From Eledone cirrhosa (taxonomy: Eukaryota): a stretch of DNA of 64,000 nt. This document shows positions 40,147 through 54,556 of this stretch, piece after piece. The stretch covers positions 169,260,001 to 169,324,000 of the forward strand of contig OZ024741.1 of NCBI GenBank assembly GCA_964016885.1, given 5' to 3'. The notes under the pieces are model-generated. The model had not been told where the DNA came from and did no database searches. It was given only the letters and a program-made list of their open reading frames with translations. How positions within the stretch are numbered: position 1 is the first letter of the stretch; every line of letters starts with the position of its first letter. The position numbers and the translations under genes are program-made.

Positions 40147-42966
40147 ACACACACACATACACATGCATACACACATACACATACACATTCACACATTTAA
40201 GGGGCGTTTTGACTTGCTAGATAGAGCTGCCAAATCTCTCTCATATCAGACCATATCTTTGCAAAAAATAAGTAAAGAGAAAATGTAAAACATTAGCGAA
40301 TGTAATACTAAACACATTGTGTCTAGTGAAAGACAAGATAGCAATGGCTGGAGTACTTTTAATAATAGGCATGTTTGATCAGATTACACTCGGGTTGAAA
40401 AGCAGCTACAACTCACATTTTATACTATACTCCTAAAGCTTGTAGCAACATCTATTTACAGATGACATAAATGCAATGAATTTGTCAAGAAATTTTTTAT
40501 CTTTTACTAATTGAAACCACTTTACCAAGACATTCTTGAAAAGCTTGAAACAGCAATGTGACAGCATCACATTAAAAATTAAAGTCTTAGCAGTTTTAGT
40601 TTACAGAAATTTTTCTAAATGATCTGTCAAATAGTAAAGATAGTATTAAAAAATTGAATTAACAAACCTATTTTTGTATGTTTTCTGCTTAATTATTACA
40701 AGACATGTTTATGGAATGCTCAGCCGCTTACATGTTAATTTCATAAACAGCCTGTTCTGTTGTTGAAATAAAAGAAACTTTAAATTTACATATTAGACAT
40801 AATGCAGTCTGTAGTGTCACTAATGATGGCACTGTTAGAGGTTATGGTATAATCAATAATTAAAATATTTGGTGATAGTTGCAACCTGTGATAGCAGCAA
40901 TAGTTTTTGTAGTGCTACTTTATGAAGTGAAGGTGTGTAGTCAAGTAGTTAGGGCATATAACTCATGATCATTAGGTTGTGGATTCAATTCCTGGATCAT
41001 GTAGTGCACTGCATTCTTGAGCAAAATGCTTTATTCATGAGGATTTTTATGATAGTATTGGGGTCCCCTATCATTAAAACACTCAAGAAACCTTTTATGA
41101 GATACATCATGGCATGAGGCCAGCTAAACATGTTTAGGTCGGAGGTGTAAATTTAATTTTTGTTTTGATTTTATTACTTTATGGTGATGGTGGAGGTTGT
41201 TATTATTTTTGTGGTGGTTATGATGATGATGATGTTTTTTGCTGTTGCTTAGTAGTTAGTTGTTACAACTCCATATTTCTTGCAGCATGGATTTTAACGT
41301 TGGACAGATTTGACCTCAGGAAGGAGTGTAAACCAAAGAAACACATGTTAGATACACGGTACAGAGTAGTCACCCAAGAGCTGTCTAGATCAATGAGCTG
41401 CATCTCATCATGGCACCTAGTTCATATGGAAATAAGTCAGGATTCAGGCTGGAAATATTTATATCTTCTTCATGCCATTGCTGTCAATATCAGACTCTAC
41501 GGGAAAACAGGGTTAGTAATTTATAGTTAATGCTGATGGATGTGAATTTTGGTTGAACTCATAACTTTCTCCTTTATATATATACATACATATATATATA
41601 TACATTCATGCACACACATGCATACACACAGATGCACACTCACATAAACACACACACATATCATCATTATCATCATCACCATTTAATGTCCATTTTTCAT
41701 GCTTGCATGGGTTAGAGGGGTCGTCCACATCAAGAGACAAGTCTGGTCAAAATTAGCCACACTGTACCTTGCTCAGATGGGACTGTAAATTTGGCCTAGA
41801 TTTTTATAGCGGGATGCTCTTCCTAAGACCAACCACATTTACATGTATATAGTTAAGTGTGAAGGTGTGTGACTTACTGGTTAGGGTGTTCAGCTTATGA
41901 TCATATGGTCATGATTTTGATTCCTAGTAGCTAAAAACTCTATTTGTCCCTGAGCTAGAAACTCTATCTCCTGTTGTTTGAGTTCATTCAGCTGACAAAC
42001 ACGAGTTGCAACTGTAGTTCAAAGGATCAGCCTTGGCATATACTGTCATGCTGAATCTCTCTGAGAACTACATTAAGGGTACATGTATCTGTGGAATGCT
42101 CAACTACTTGCCCGTTAATTTCATGAGCAAGCTATTATCAGAACAAATAGACAGGAAAATCTAAGCAGGAACTTATCCGATAAGATCATTTTATGGTGTT
42201 ATAAACACATGGATATTCTATTGAATATTGAATATTGAATATTCTATGTGTTTATTTTTTTTCTATTTTTTTTTTTTTTTTTTGCTAATATAAGGAAAGT
42301 AAAGGGCTCTTAACTTCTGATGGTGTCTTAGTCTTAGGTATGCTGATCTTGGGTAGTTAAAACCTGATCAAGACCAGCCCCTCTCCAAGTCAGAACATAA
42401 CCAATTTCTTTCAGAGAGAGACAGGGGGAATCAACCCCAGTATTGGAGTGGTTGTTTATTTATTGATGTTGAAAGGATGAAAGTCAAAGTTAACTTCAGC
42501 AGGATTTGAACCCAGAGTGCAGTGATTTGGCTAATACAATTGCAAAGATTTCATTACATTTAGGACAGACTTTCAATTTTTTTTCTAAACTGAAATTTAA
42601 ACAAGCTATATATGCTGTGATTCATATAAGTTACCTAGTAACGTCATCTGGATGAAACACAATTGTTGTGAGTGTTCTAACATAGTTAATGTAGTGAGTA
42701 GAAGTACAATTACATTTGTAGTAAGGGGGAGGTATAAGCTAAAGGAGTAATGTTAATAAAATCTAGTTAAGATAAAGGGATAAGTCATGTACATCCTTAA
42801 TGTAATGAACTCAAGAGATCATCTATCCTGAGGATTCTCAAATGGGAGGCATTTGGCTTCCAGGGGAAGAATTTTAACCAAAGGAGAAATCTAAACTGGG
42901 AAAGAATAGTGTACATAGTGTATATATATCAAGCGAAAATGCCAATATACCCAACTATTGTTTACA

Positions 42967-43713
42967 TCTATATATATATATATATATAAGCGAGGATGTG
43001 TGTGTGTCTGTGGACAAATTTGGACACCTAAGGCTTTTACAATTCCCAACCGAATTTGACCAAATTTTCTGTGCACGTTGCACCTGTCACTAAGAGGGTC
43101 ACATCACAAATTCTTTTTCAAATCGACCCACGTTGAGCAATAAAAAAAATCGATAGCAAAATTATTTTTTTCTAAAGTGCATGATGTAAGGGAGATAACA
43201 ATGAAGTCAAAATCCTTATGGGATTTTCCATACAAATTAAAAGTTGCAATTACTTTTACATTTTTCAAGCTTTTTTTACCAAATGTGAGGCAGGCATTGC
43301 CTATGCCGTCGAGGTAATACAAGAAGATTATTTTTTTCTAAAGTGTATGCTGTAAGGGAGAAATCAATCTAAAAACAATCCTTATTCAAACCGTTGGGAC
43401 CTACAACTTTTACATTTTTAAAGTAATTTCGTCCACATTTGAGGCAGGCATTATCTATGCTTCCAGGATATTGTGAATTTATTTTTTTTTAAACTATTAT
43501 TACAATGAAGAAATCAGTTAAAACAAAATTTTCCTTCATTATCAGCATAGTTTTATGTGTACAAAGATTGCACTAAATATTCGTTTGCATTAATTATTGA
43601 AGACTTCTGCTTATTTTGACAGGTTGTGGGCAAATAATTTTCTTCTTTTACTTCCTAGCTGTATATTCTTAGAATAATTTCAAACCCCGGGCAATGCCGG
43701 GTAAATCTGCTAG
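42967..43713 (+). mobile_element. Non-autonomous Helitron
   Basis: Starts A|TC. GC hairpin CCCGGGCAATGCCGGG about 10 bp before the terminal CTAG (43710-43713). Internal duplicated block. Confidence 0.85.
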
Positions 43714-46440
43714 ATGTATATATGTAAAATAAAATACCAATATATCTAACTATAGTGTACATTGTATATATATCAAATGAAATATCAATATACCTAACTA
43801 TAGTGTATATTGTGTATATATATCAAATGAAATACCAATATACCCAACTATAGCGTACATTGTATATATATCAAATGAAATACTAATATACCCAACTATA
43901 GTGTACATTGTATATATATCACATGAAATACTTATATACCTAACTATAGTGTACATTGTATATATATCAAATGAAATACCAATATACCCAACTATAGTGT
44001 ATATTGTATATATATCACATGAAATACCAATACACCCAACTATAGTGTACATTGTATATATATCACATGAAATACCAATATACCCCACTATAATTATATT
44101 GTATATATATCAAATGAAATACTAATATACCCAACTATAGTGCATATTGTATATATATATCACATGAAACACCAATATACCCAACTATAGTGTATATTGT
44201 ATATATATATCACATGAAACACCAATATACCCAACTATAGTGTATATTGTATATATATATCACATGAAATACCAATATAACCATCTATAGCGTACATTGT
44301 ATATATATCACATGAAATACCAATATACCCAACTATAGTGTATATTGTATATATATCAAATGAAATACTAATATACCTAACTATAGTGTATATTGTATAT
44401 ATATATCACATGAAATACCAATATACCCAAATATAGTGTATATTGTGTATATATATCAAATGAAATACTAATATACCCAACTATAGTGTATATTGTATAT
44501 ATATCAAATGAAATACCAATATAACCATCTATAGCGTACATTGTATATATATCACATGAAATACCAATATACCCCCACTATAGTGTATATTGTGTATATA
44601 TCAAATGAAACACCAATATACCTAACTACAGTGTATATTGTGTATATATTATATGAAATACCAATATACCCAACTATAGTGTATATTGTATATATATTAC
44701 ATGAAATACTAATATACCCAACTATAGTGTATATTATATATATATTACATGAAATACCAATATACCTAACTACAGTGTATATTGTGTATATATATCACAT
44801 GAAATATCAATATACCCAACTATAGTGTACATTGTGTACATTGTGTATATTGTGTATATATATCACATGAAACACCAATATACCCCACTATAGTGTACAT
44901 TGTGTATATATTACATGAAATACCAATATACCCTACTATAGTGTATATTGTATATATATCACATGAAATACCAATACACCCAACTATAGTGTATATTGTA
45001 TATATATCACATGAAATACCAATATACCCAACTATAGTGTACATTGTATATATATCACATGAAATACTAATATACCCAACTATAGTGTACATTGTATATA
45101 TATCACATGAAATACCAATACACCCAACTATAGTGTATATTGTATATATATCACATGAAATACCAATACACCCAACTATAGTGTATATTTTATATATATC
45201 AAATGAAATACTAATATACCCAACTATAGTGTACATTGTATATATATCACATGAAATACCAATATATCCAACTATAGTGTATATTGTGTATATATATCAC
45301 ATGAAATACCAATATAACCATCTATAGCGTACATTGTATATATATCACATGAAATACCAATATACCCCCACTATAGTGTATATTGTGTATATATCAAATG
45401 AAAAACCAATATACCTAACTACAGTGTATATTGTATATATATCACATGAAATACCAATATACCCCACTATAGTGTATATTGTGTATATATTACATGAAAT
45501 ACCGATATACCCAACTATAGTGTATATTGTATATATATCAAATGAAACACCAATATACCTAACTATAGTGTATATTGTGTATATATATCACATGAAATAT
45601 CAATATACCCCCACTATAGTGTTTATTGTGTATATATCAAATGAAACACCAATATACCCCACTATAGTGTACATTGTGTATATATTACATGAAATACCAA
45701 TATACCCCACTATAGTGTATATTGTATATATATCACATGAAATACCAATATACCCAACTATAGTGTTTATTGTGTATATATCAAATGAAATACTAATATA
45801 CCCAACTATAGTGTACATTGTATATATATCACATGAAATACCAATATACCCAACTATAGTGTATATTGTGTATATATCAAATGAAATACTAATGTAACCA
45901 ACTATAGTGTATATTGTGTATATATCAAATGAAATACTAATATACCCCACTATAGTGTATATTGTGTATATCTCACATGAAATAACAATATACCTAACTA
46001 TAGTGTATATTGTATATATATTACATGAAATACCAATATACCTAACTACAGTGTATATTGTGTATATATATCACATGAAATATCAATATACCCAACTATA
46101 GTGTTTATTGTGTATATATCAAATGAAATACCAATATACCCCACTATAGTGTACATTGTGTATATATTACATGAAATACCAATATACCCCACTATAGTGT
46201 ATATTGTATATATATATATCACATGAAATACCAATATACCCAACTATAGTGTACATTGTATATATATCACATGAAATACCAATATACCCAACTATAGTGT
46301 ATATTGTATATATATCAAATGAAATACTAATGTAACCAACTATAGTGCATATTGTGTATATATCAAATGAAATACTAATATACCCCACTATAGTGTATAT
46401 TGTGTATATATCACATGAAATACCAATATACCCAACTATA
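43714..46440. repeat. 48-bp minisatellite array (~55 units); one diverged unit also at 42908-42966
   Basis: Consensus TATAGTGTATATTGTATATATATCACATGAAATACCAATATACCCAAC with variable TA number. Confidence 0.97.
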
Positions 46441-46864
46441 AAGGCAATAGTGAATTAATAATTCATAAAAAACTGCTGCTTCAAACTTAATCTCATATGG
46501 GAATATATAATTATTGAGGTTTGAAAAATTTGCTCATGTTAATATGGTGCTTGGCTGAAAGGTTACTAGATGACAATTTAAACTGAGGGAGGAATTGAAG
46601 AAATATGAAATTTCAGGGTTGGGGAAGAACAATATCTGGGCCTCTAAGAACCACTGGTATATAAGCAAAATAAATACATGTGGAGTTCTTTTGTTTTAAG
46701 TCTATGAGAATCAGTGACCTATGCTATTCTTCATCATTCTGACATCAAGCTAAAATGTCCCAAGATTTGGAGGCATCTGAGAATATTATTAGATTAACTG
46801 ACTGGAAGAACTGCAATGCTTTGATAGTATTCAATGTTCAGTAGATATTTTTGTTATTGTTTAA

Positions 46865-48018
46865 CACTTTTGATACCAAACTGTCTGAAACTGTCCCTAG
46901 TTTCAAATACAAAGCTGTTTATTTTAAAATGTTTATATTTATCTGAAAACCTGCCATCATAATTTTGTTAAACTATGCTCCAAGCACCAGTTTACATAAC
47001 TCACCCCTTTCATCTTAACTAGGTTTCTAATTTAGGCACAGAGTCAACAATTTTAAAGGGAAGGGTAAGTCAATTATATCGACCCCCAGTACTTGACCGG
47101 TACTATATTTTATCAACCTCGGGAGGATGAAAGGCAAAGTTGACTTTGGCCAGATTTGAACTTAGACGGTAAAGAGCAATAACAAAATTCTATGAAGCAT
47201 CTTGTCTGGTGCTCTAACAACTCTACCATTCCATTACCTTTATACCAGCTTAATAATGAAAAAAGTTACTTATATTACTAAAACCCTCGAAATTCTTGAT
47301 TATTTTCAAAATTATTTGAAAATCATAGGAAGTGTGTTTCATTAGAAATACTAGCAGAAAAAACCACCCAAAGGTTGGTTTTCTGCTAGCATGTGTAGTG
47401 TGCATATTTATATTATATGCAAATATACATGCATGTAGATATGATATGTCAAATAAAATCGTAATTGACAATATGCACAGAAATTGAAAAGAGACTGTGT
47501 TACACACTTTTCTGTAATCAGTAAAGTAATCCAGGATACATTTAAAAAAGACGATATTATATATAAACTGCATTACGGTGAAATGTAATTGAACCTTCTA
47601 TAACGATGCAAATATATGGATGTTTACATAAGCAATGTAATAAGTGTTATGATATAACGGACACTAACCGGAAGTGTAGACATTTGAAAATCATTATATA
47701 TAAGAGTATTTATGTTTAATCAACAGCTACGAAATTTAGTAGATAAATTATGTAATATTCATTCATTATTTATTCAAAGTTACGTCCCTTTATGATCTGA
47801 GTTCAAATCTCGCCGAGGTTAACTTTGCCTTTCATCCTTACGGGGTCGATAAAATAAAGTACCAGTAATGTACTGGGTAATTGCTGGCCTTGTGCCGAAA
47901 GTAGAAACAATTATTTATTCAAAGTAATCTAACTTATTTTACTAACGGGATAACAAATATTTTGGGGACACAATCCCGCACTCCTCCTTTTATTATAGTT
48001 ATGATGGTAATGAAAGGG
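46865..48018 (+). mobile_element. piggyBac-like MITE interrupted by nested insertions; related uninterrupted copy at ~49150-49367
   Basis: TTAA-CACTTTTGATACCA ... TGGTAATGAAAGGG-TTAA. Contains an old SINE (~47020-47240) and a Helitron. Confidence 0.7.
47351..48004 (-). mobile_element. Non-autonomous Helitron carrying a SINE A insertion (47781-47910)
   Basis: Minus-strand A|TC start and hairpin-CTAG|T end; paralog of 52681-53203. SINE TSD ATTATTTATTCAAAGT. Confidence 0.88.
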
Positions 48019-48669
48019 TTAACGGAGAGGTGAAACAGTATGAGTTGTATAAATACATTGTTATCAGAACAAGCAACAAGAGTCAGCTTAGTTTAGTTTG
48101 TGGTTCAGAGAGAACATCACCACCTTGTATATAGTCCCCGACTATGATGATGAAGAACATTCATTTATTCAATTAACTACCCATCTATCTACACTAAACA
48201 TCTCAGTTATAAACTACAGCTTTTAATATTTAATACAGTGATTTCTAATTTAGGCACAAGGCCAGCAAATTTGGAGGAAATGGCAAAGTTGATTAACTCA
48301 ACTTTATCACTTTGCTGGTATTTGATTTTATTGACTCTGGAAGTTGGTTGCCCTCGGCAGAATTTGAACTCAGAATGTAAATCAGGACAAATACTGCAAT
48401 GGCAATGATATTTAATATATTGCAATCTAAGTAAGGGAATTGAATAGGCTAGAAAGAAGAAAACTAGAAAACTTAATAATAGGATACTATGAAGGATCCT
48501 CCATCAGTTTTGAGGAAGAGCATTCAATCATTCAATAAACTAAACAGAGACCACAGCTCAGATACAACATGTACTTTGATAATGATGTAACAGAGAGAGG
48601 TTTTATGAAGTAGTAGTAGTAGTGGTGGTGGTGGTGGTGGTGGTGGTGGCAGCGGCGGTGGCAGTTGTG

Positions 48670-48705
<36 letters not shown>

Positions 48706-50568
48706 GAACAATGGTAAGTATTGAGATTGATTCAAATGATCATAACAGACCAGCTAGCCATTGTTATTATAGTCTACACTGTCAGACTTGAAGGCAATTT
48801 TACTAATATAGAGCTTATGAAAGTGGTTCCCCTAATATTATAATAGAAAAGTTAATAACATGTTAACCAATAACTACAATAATTGAATGTAGTGGGGTCT
48901 GTTGAAGCTTTTTCAAGTATTCTGGCACAAATATGTTTGTTAAATAAATTATATTGGACAGCGTAAATGCCATCCACTATAATTCATCTGTCTGATAGAG
49001 ATGATAGTTAGTGGAAAAATAGCCACAGACATAATTTAATCTTCCAAAGTCTGAATACTAAATCCAGATAGTTTATTCAAACCATGCATTAATGCTGCAA
49101 GTTCTTATATAGAGTTGAGAGTGCCAGTTATTTACAAACAGGTTAAGTTTAACCCTAAACTGCTTCTGCTGCTATAGTGCAAAGCCACTCATTTTAAATA
49201 GTTCCAATTTAAATTAAAATCTTCCAACATAATTTTATATATGAACTTTTTGTTATGTTAGAAGTACCATCTTGATAATGGAAATATTTTAGTAAACCCT
49301 CCAAATTCTTCAGTAATTAATTTAAATACAGTGTGTTTTATTAGAAATATGTTAATGAAAGGGTTAAGTAAAGGGAGAAGATAACATACCACATATCTAA
49401 AGAGGAATGAACTTCCATCGATTTCTATGATCAATTTTCCAATTGATCAACAGAACTTAATTAATGCTACATGTTCTTATATTTAGTTGAGACTACATAC
49501 ATATAGCTAAGTCATGTGAAAACATATGGTTTAGTGGTTAGAGTGTAAGGCTCGTCATATGATCACAAGTTCAATTCCTGATGGCACATTGTGTCCTTGA
49601 ACAAGACACTTTATTTTCCATTGTTCTGGTTCAATCAGCTGGAAAAAAATGAGTTGTACCTGTAATTCAAAGGTCCAGCCTTGTTACACACTTGCTTTCT
49701 TATTTCATGAGCAGGCTGTTCTGTTATTCAAACAGCTAGAACAGTCCTTGTCAGAACCAACAGAGGTCCAACACACCCACAAATACACAGAGTTAAGTAA
49801 AGTAGGGAGGCAATGACATAGCTAAATTAGTTATCCATAAAACTGTAAAATCAAATAGAATCACACTCATAAGGAAGAGACAAATCTTTGGTTTAATGAT
49901 AATTCAAGAAAGAAGGAAGACAATTCCAAAATCTAAATTGATTAAAAAGTACCAGTCATATATTATGATCAACATAATCTACTGTTATTTCTACCCAAAC
50001 GTTTTTTATCTATTGCTGGGTGAAGTCCCAGTTTCTATGTTGCTTTTAGGCCTATCCCTCTACTAGCTTAAACAAGATGTAGAATTTGAATTCAGAACCG
50101 ATACTGCAAAGCATCTCATACAAGTGTTTAACAATTCTGCCAATCTACCACCATTGCACTGGTTCTTTATTTGTCAATCAAGAAAGAATGAAAAGCAATG
50201 GAATTCCAATTGCGAGCTCAGAGAGCCAGCATAAATGCCACAAGACATTTAATCTGACACTAATTAACTATACCTTGCCTACCCAAACAAACAGAAAACT
50301 GTTCTATACCACATGCGGTTGCATGTGGTATAGAACGTTAAGACTTATTATACATTTTATTTTTGTTTTATGCTATAAGGAAACTTTAGTTGATCCAGAA
50401 AATGGTTTTGAGCAGTAATTATTAGTATCAATCTATTAGATTCTTATTTAAATATGTATCATTTAAATTCAGTATTGGGACTATGTTTCATGTTGTCTTA
50501 GTATTTAGTTTTGTTGTTTTTACTTTACATTTTCTTTGATCAGTTTTCTCACTAACTTTCTTAAACTG

Positions 50569-51379
50569 TTTAAATGGTTTTTGTTTACTGCTACTGAAAT
50601 GTTTTAAATGTTGGCATTTTTGAATTGTTAGTGAGTGGAAATTATGTCAATATAGCTTATAAGGCATTCTTGAAAAGTACATTACAGCAGAATTGCTGCA
50701 TCACATTAAAAATTAAAATCTTTACTCTAATATTGCAAATTTTCACACGTAAATGTTCACAAGTAAAGATCCTATAAACATTTGAATTAACAAATTGAAT
50801 TGTTTTTAGATTTGTTCTGCTAAATCATTATTGGTTGTTAAGAGATAAATATGAAATGACAAAAACCTCATGGATTTCCAATTTTGATTAAGATCAAGTA
50901 GTTAAAACAACAATGAAACAGGCCAGTTTATACACCAGAAACTTAAAATATTGATTTCTAATTCAGGCACAAGGCCAGCATTTGGGGGGGGGGGGGGGGG
51001 GCAAAGTTAATTAAATCAACCCCATTATTTTTCACTAGCTTTATTTTCTTAACCTTCAAAGGATGAAAAGCAAAGTTGATTTTGATGATTTGAAGTCAGA
51101 AAGTAAAAATCCAGAACAAATACTACAATGACATTTTATCTGCTAGTCTACAAATTCTGTCAACTTAAAATATCGATTAAACATCTGTGCAAAACATGAT
51201 AAAGACACATGTCATGAACCATGACAGAAAAATGATAAATCTTCTATAATATCTACATCCTTGTCAATGTGGATAATTATATAAAAGCTAAGCTATATTG
51301 ACATAATTTCCACTCACTAACAATTCAAAAATGCCAACATTTAAAACATTTCAGTAGCACTAAACAAAAACCATTTAAA
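50569..51379. repeat. 91-bp near-perfect inverted repeat pair (50569-50659 / 51289-51379)
   Basis: Reverse-complement match with one visible mismatch. Confidence 0.9.
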
Positions 51380-51399
51380 ATGTTTTTATATGATTATGA

Positions 51400-51720
51400 G
51401 AAAGGTTCTCAAAGTGGGAACTACTGCCCTCCCGGGGGGGGGGGGGGGATTTCCAGGGAGGGGGGTAGAGCAGTAGAGATGATATAATACTGTATTAGCT
51501 ATCAAATGATATATATATTATATATAAATATAGTAAAATAAAAAATATATTATATTTATTTATACATAGAATATATTATATATAAATTGACGATTTTATT
51601 TATTATATACTATTTACAATTTGCATGTAGGCAGGTCTCTCTGGAAATAAGCGTGGGGGTGCTGGGGGTATTACATGGCCGTGAGAGGGGGCGGTGACCC
51701 AAAAAGTTTGAGAACCTCTG
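51400..51720 (+). mobile_element. hAT-type MITE
   Basis: Ends GAAAGGTTCTCAAA / TTTGAGAACCTCTG with G-rich subterminal runs. TSD not clear. Confidence 0.7.
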
Positions 51721-51893
51721 GTTAATGTGATAAAAAAAAATGTTAAAATACATTGTAAAATGTGGCGGAACTTAAATATTCAAAGGAAGGCCAAGGCTGA
51801 AATTGATTTTGATCTCATGACTACACAGTCAAAGCTAGCATGGAACTAAACAACAACAACAGCAACAAAACGAATTCTTCTCTAAGCATTTAA

Positions 51894-52113
51894 CCTTTTA
51901 GCATTTACATTACTCGATATATACTATTGTATTTTCATGGTAAAAGCTTTATCTTACATAATTTTCTTGCATAATATCAAATCTATGAGATTTTGATGTT
52001 ATTTATTTTGAAAACAATACCTTAACATAAGTATGAGTGGCCATTACAGCCGGTTTCAACAGAAATAGGTGAGAGAATTCTGACCGCATACAGCTGGTTT
52101 AAATGCTAAAGGA
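51894..52113 (+). mobile_element. piggyBac-like MITE
   Basis: TTAA-CCTTTTAGCATTTA ... TAAATGCTAAAGGA-TTAA. Confidence 0.8.
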
Positions 52114-52680
52114 TTAAGAAAGTCATCTTTGAAAAATTAATCATAATTATTATATATTTATTAAATAATAATTATTTCCTTATTAAACATAATGGTTTCT
52201 TTTACATGGCATAAGGGAGTCAGATAAAGGAGACATTATGAAGACAGAATATATAAAGTGTGGGTGGGTGGTTACATAAAAATCAGATGATGAAAAAAGA
52301 AGGATGAGGTAAAAAGGTAAACATAGCAAGCAAATAAGGTATTCAGTCCTCATGATACAGAAGGACTTCTCTTTAGGGCCAATCGAATATCCGACAAATC
52401 CACTATCAAGAGCAAGTGCCCTTCCTTACTGTCATCCCCTGACTTACAGACACTTGCTTTCATCTTAGGCACCGTTTTATTAATCTTAATAATAATCGTT
52501 TCAAATTGAGGCACAAGTCCAGTAATTTGTGGGGAGAAGAATGTTGACTAAATCTACTTCAGTACTAGTATGGTACATTTGCATCCAGAATGTGAAGACC
52601 CAAAACAAATACTATAAATCATTTCATACGATAATTTAACAAAAAAATATAACTCAGAATGTATAAGCCCTTATATTACA

Positions 52681-53203
52681 CTAGCAGAAAAACCACCCTT
52701 CGGGTGGTTTTCTGCTAGCATGTGTAGTGTGTATATTGATATTATACGCAAGTATATATACATGTAGATATGATACATCAAATAAAATCGTAATTGACAA
52801 TATAAATAAAAATTGAACGAAGACATTGTTACACTGTCATATGTAATCCATGATACATTAAAAAAAGACGATATTATAATATAAACTGCATTAGGAGAAA
52901 ATTAGTATGTTTATTTAAGTGATCCCCACCGGAAGTGTTAACATCACACACTCTCTCTCTTTCTATATATATGGTAGTTGAAGTGGTGGTGGTGGCAACG
53001 ATATACCGGAAGTGCAACTTTGAAAAGAAGTCAATTTTAAATTATTTATTTTTACGAAATTATTTTTGTTTACGAAATTTAGTAGATAAATTATGTAATA
53101 TTAATTCATTATTTATTCAAAGTAATCCAACTTATTTTACTAACGGGATAAAAAAAAATAAACCGTACGCAGTCCCGCAGACCTTCCTTTATTATAGTTT
53201 AGA
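52681..53203 (-). mobile_element. Non-autonomous Helitron
   Basis: Terminal hairpin CTAGCAGAAAAACCACCCTTCGGGTGGTTTTCTGCTAG; minus-strand TC start at 53203. Confidence 0.88.
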
Positions 53204-53204
53204 T

Positions 53205-53515
53205 CAGGGCTCTCAACTTTTTTTTCTCTGTGGACCACCAAAATAAGTAATATTTTTCCTGTGGACCACCTAAACTTTTAAATCTTTTGTAAAAGAACTG
53301 CTACTTATAAGCATCAGTAGGTGTTTTTTTTTTTTTCAATGAATTAGAAAATGCTATTATCATGTCGCAGTGCCTAAAAATCTACGCAAATAAACAGCTG
53401 AAGTCGTACTTATGCGAAGAATAAGAACAGCGCTTTAAGTCAAATACATGGATCAAAAAAGAATTTGCTATTGAAAATTTTCTGTGGTCCACATGGACCA
53501 GGTTGAGAACCCCTG
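53205..53515 (+). mobile_element. hAT-type MITE
   Basis: TIR CAGGGCTCTCAAC / GTTGAGAACCCCTG with a perfect 8-bp TSD GTTTAGAT. Confidence 0.9.
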
Positions 53516-54491
53516 GTTTAGATTCATCTTTAAATTTACCAATCTACAAATAGACACAATAATTCATATTTGTTCCCATCTCCAGTAGTGAAGGTGCATT
53601 ACCTACTGGTTTGGGTGTTGGAATCAAGATTGTAAGATCATGAGTTTGATTCCTGAACTAAACAGTATTTCTCCTTGCTCCAGCCCAGCTGGCAAAAGTG
53701 AGATGCAATGTCACTGGTGCCAAGCTGCATTACCATTTTCCTTCTCCTTGGGCAACAAAGTGGTATGAAGAGGGAGACTGGTATGCATGGATGACTGTTG
53801 ATCTTCTACAAAACACTCTGCCCTGGCTTGCACATAAAACTTTCCAGGTACAAATTTGTGGTCAGTCATGAGCGAAGCGGGGTACTGTTGTTTGTTTTAG
53901 ATCTCCATCAGTTCTGATGAGAGGTGTTCCAGTTGTTTGAGCAATGGTAAAGTCTGCTAAGGAAATTAATATGCAAGTGGCAGAGCATTTCACAGATACA
54001 TGTACTCTTAAAGTAGTTCTCTGAGAGAATTAGCATGACAGAATGTATGACAAGGCTGGCCCTTTGAATTACAGGTACAACTAATTTTTGCCCATTGAGT
54101 AAACTGGAGCAATGTGAAATAATGTTTCTTACTCAAAGACATAATACATTGTCCAATTCAGGAATTAAACTCATCGCCTTACAATCGTGAGCTAAACACG
54201 CTAATCACTAGGTTATACACCTTCATAGTGTTCTTATACGTTCAGTCGTAGAACATTGACTGGTTGTTCTATTTCATTCACTGCTATAGTATTAGTAGTA
54301 CGTATTGCCATAATTTGTATCATTGCATTATCAGGTCTTCAGAAGACTACTCACTCAGACATTGATTCAATGGTTCCAAAATAAAACCGAACTTCATATC
54401 GAAATTTGTATCTAATATAACTATATTTGTATGTATATATAATACATATATTTATATATTAATATATGTGTGTATTTTATATATCATATAT

Positions 54492-54554
<63 letters not shown>

Positions 54555-54556
<2 letters not shown>

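Noticed and set aside
43798-46388. 16-aa repeat protein (IVYIVYISHEIPIYPT)
   Set aside because: The frame is broken repeatedly by 2-bp TA indels; it is a satellite.
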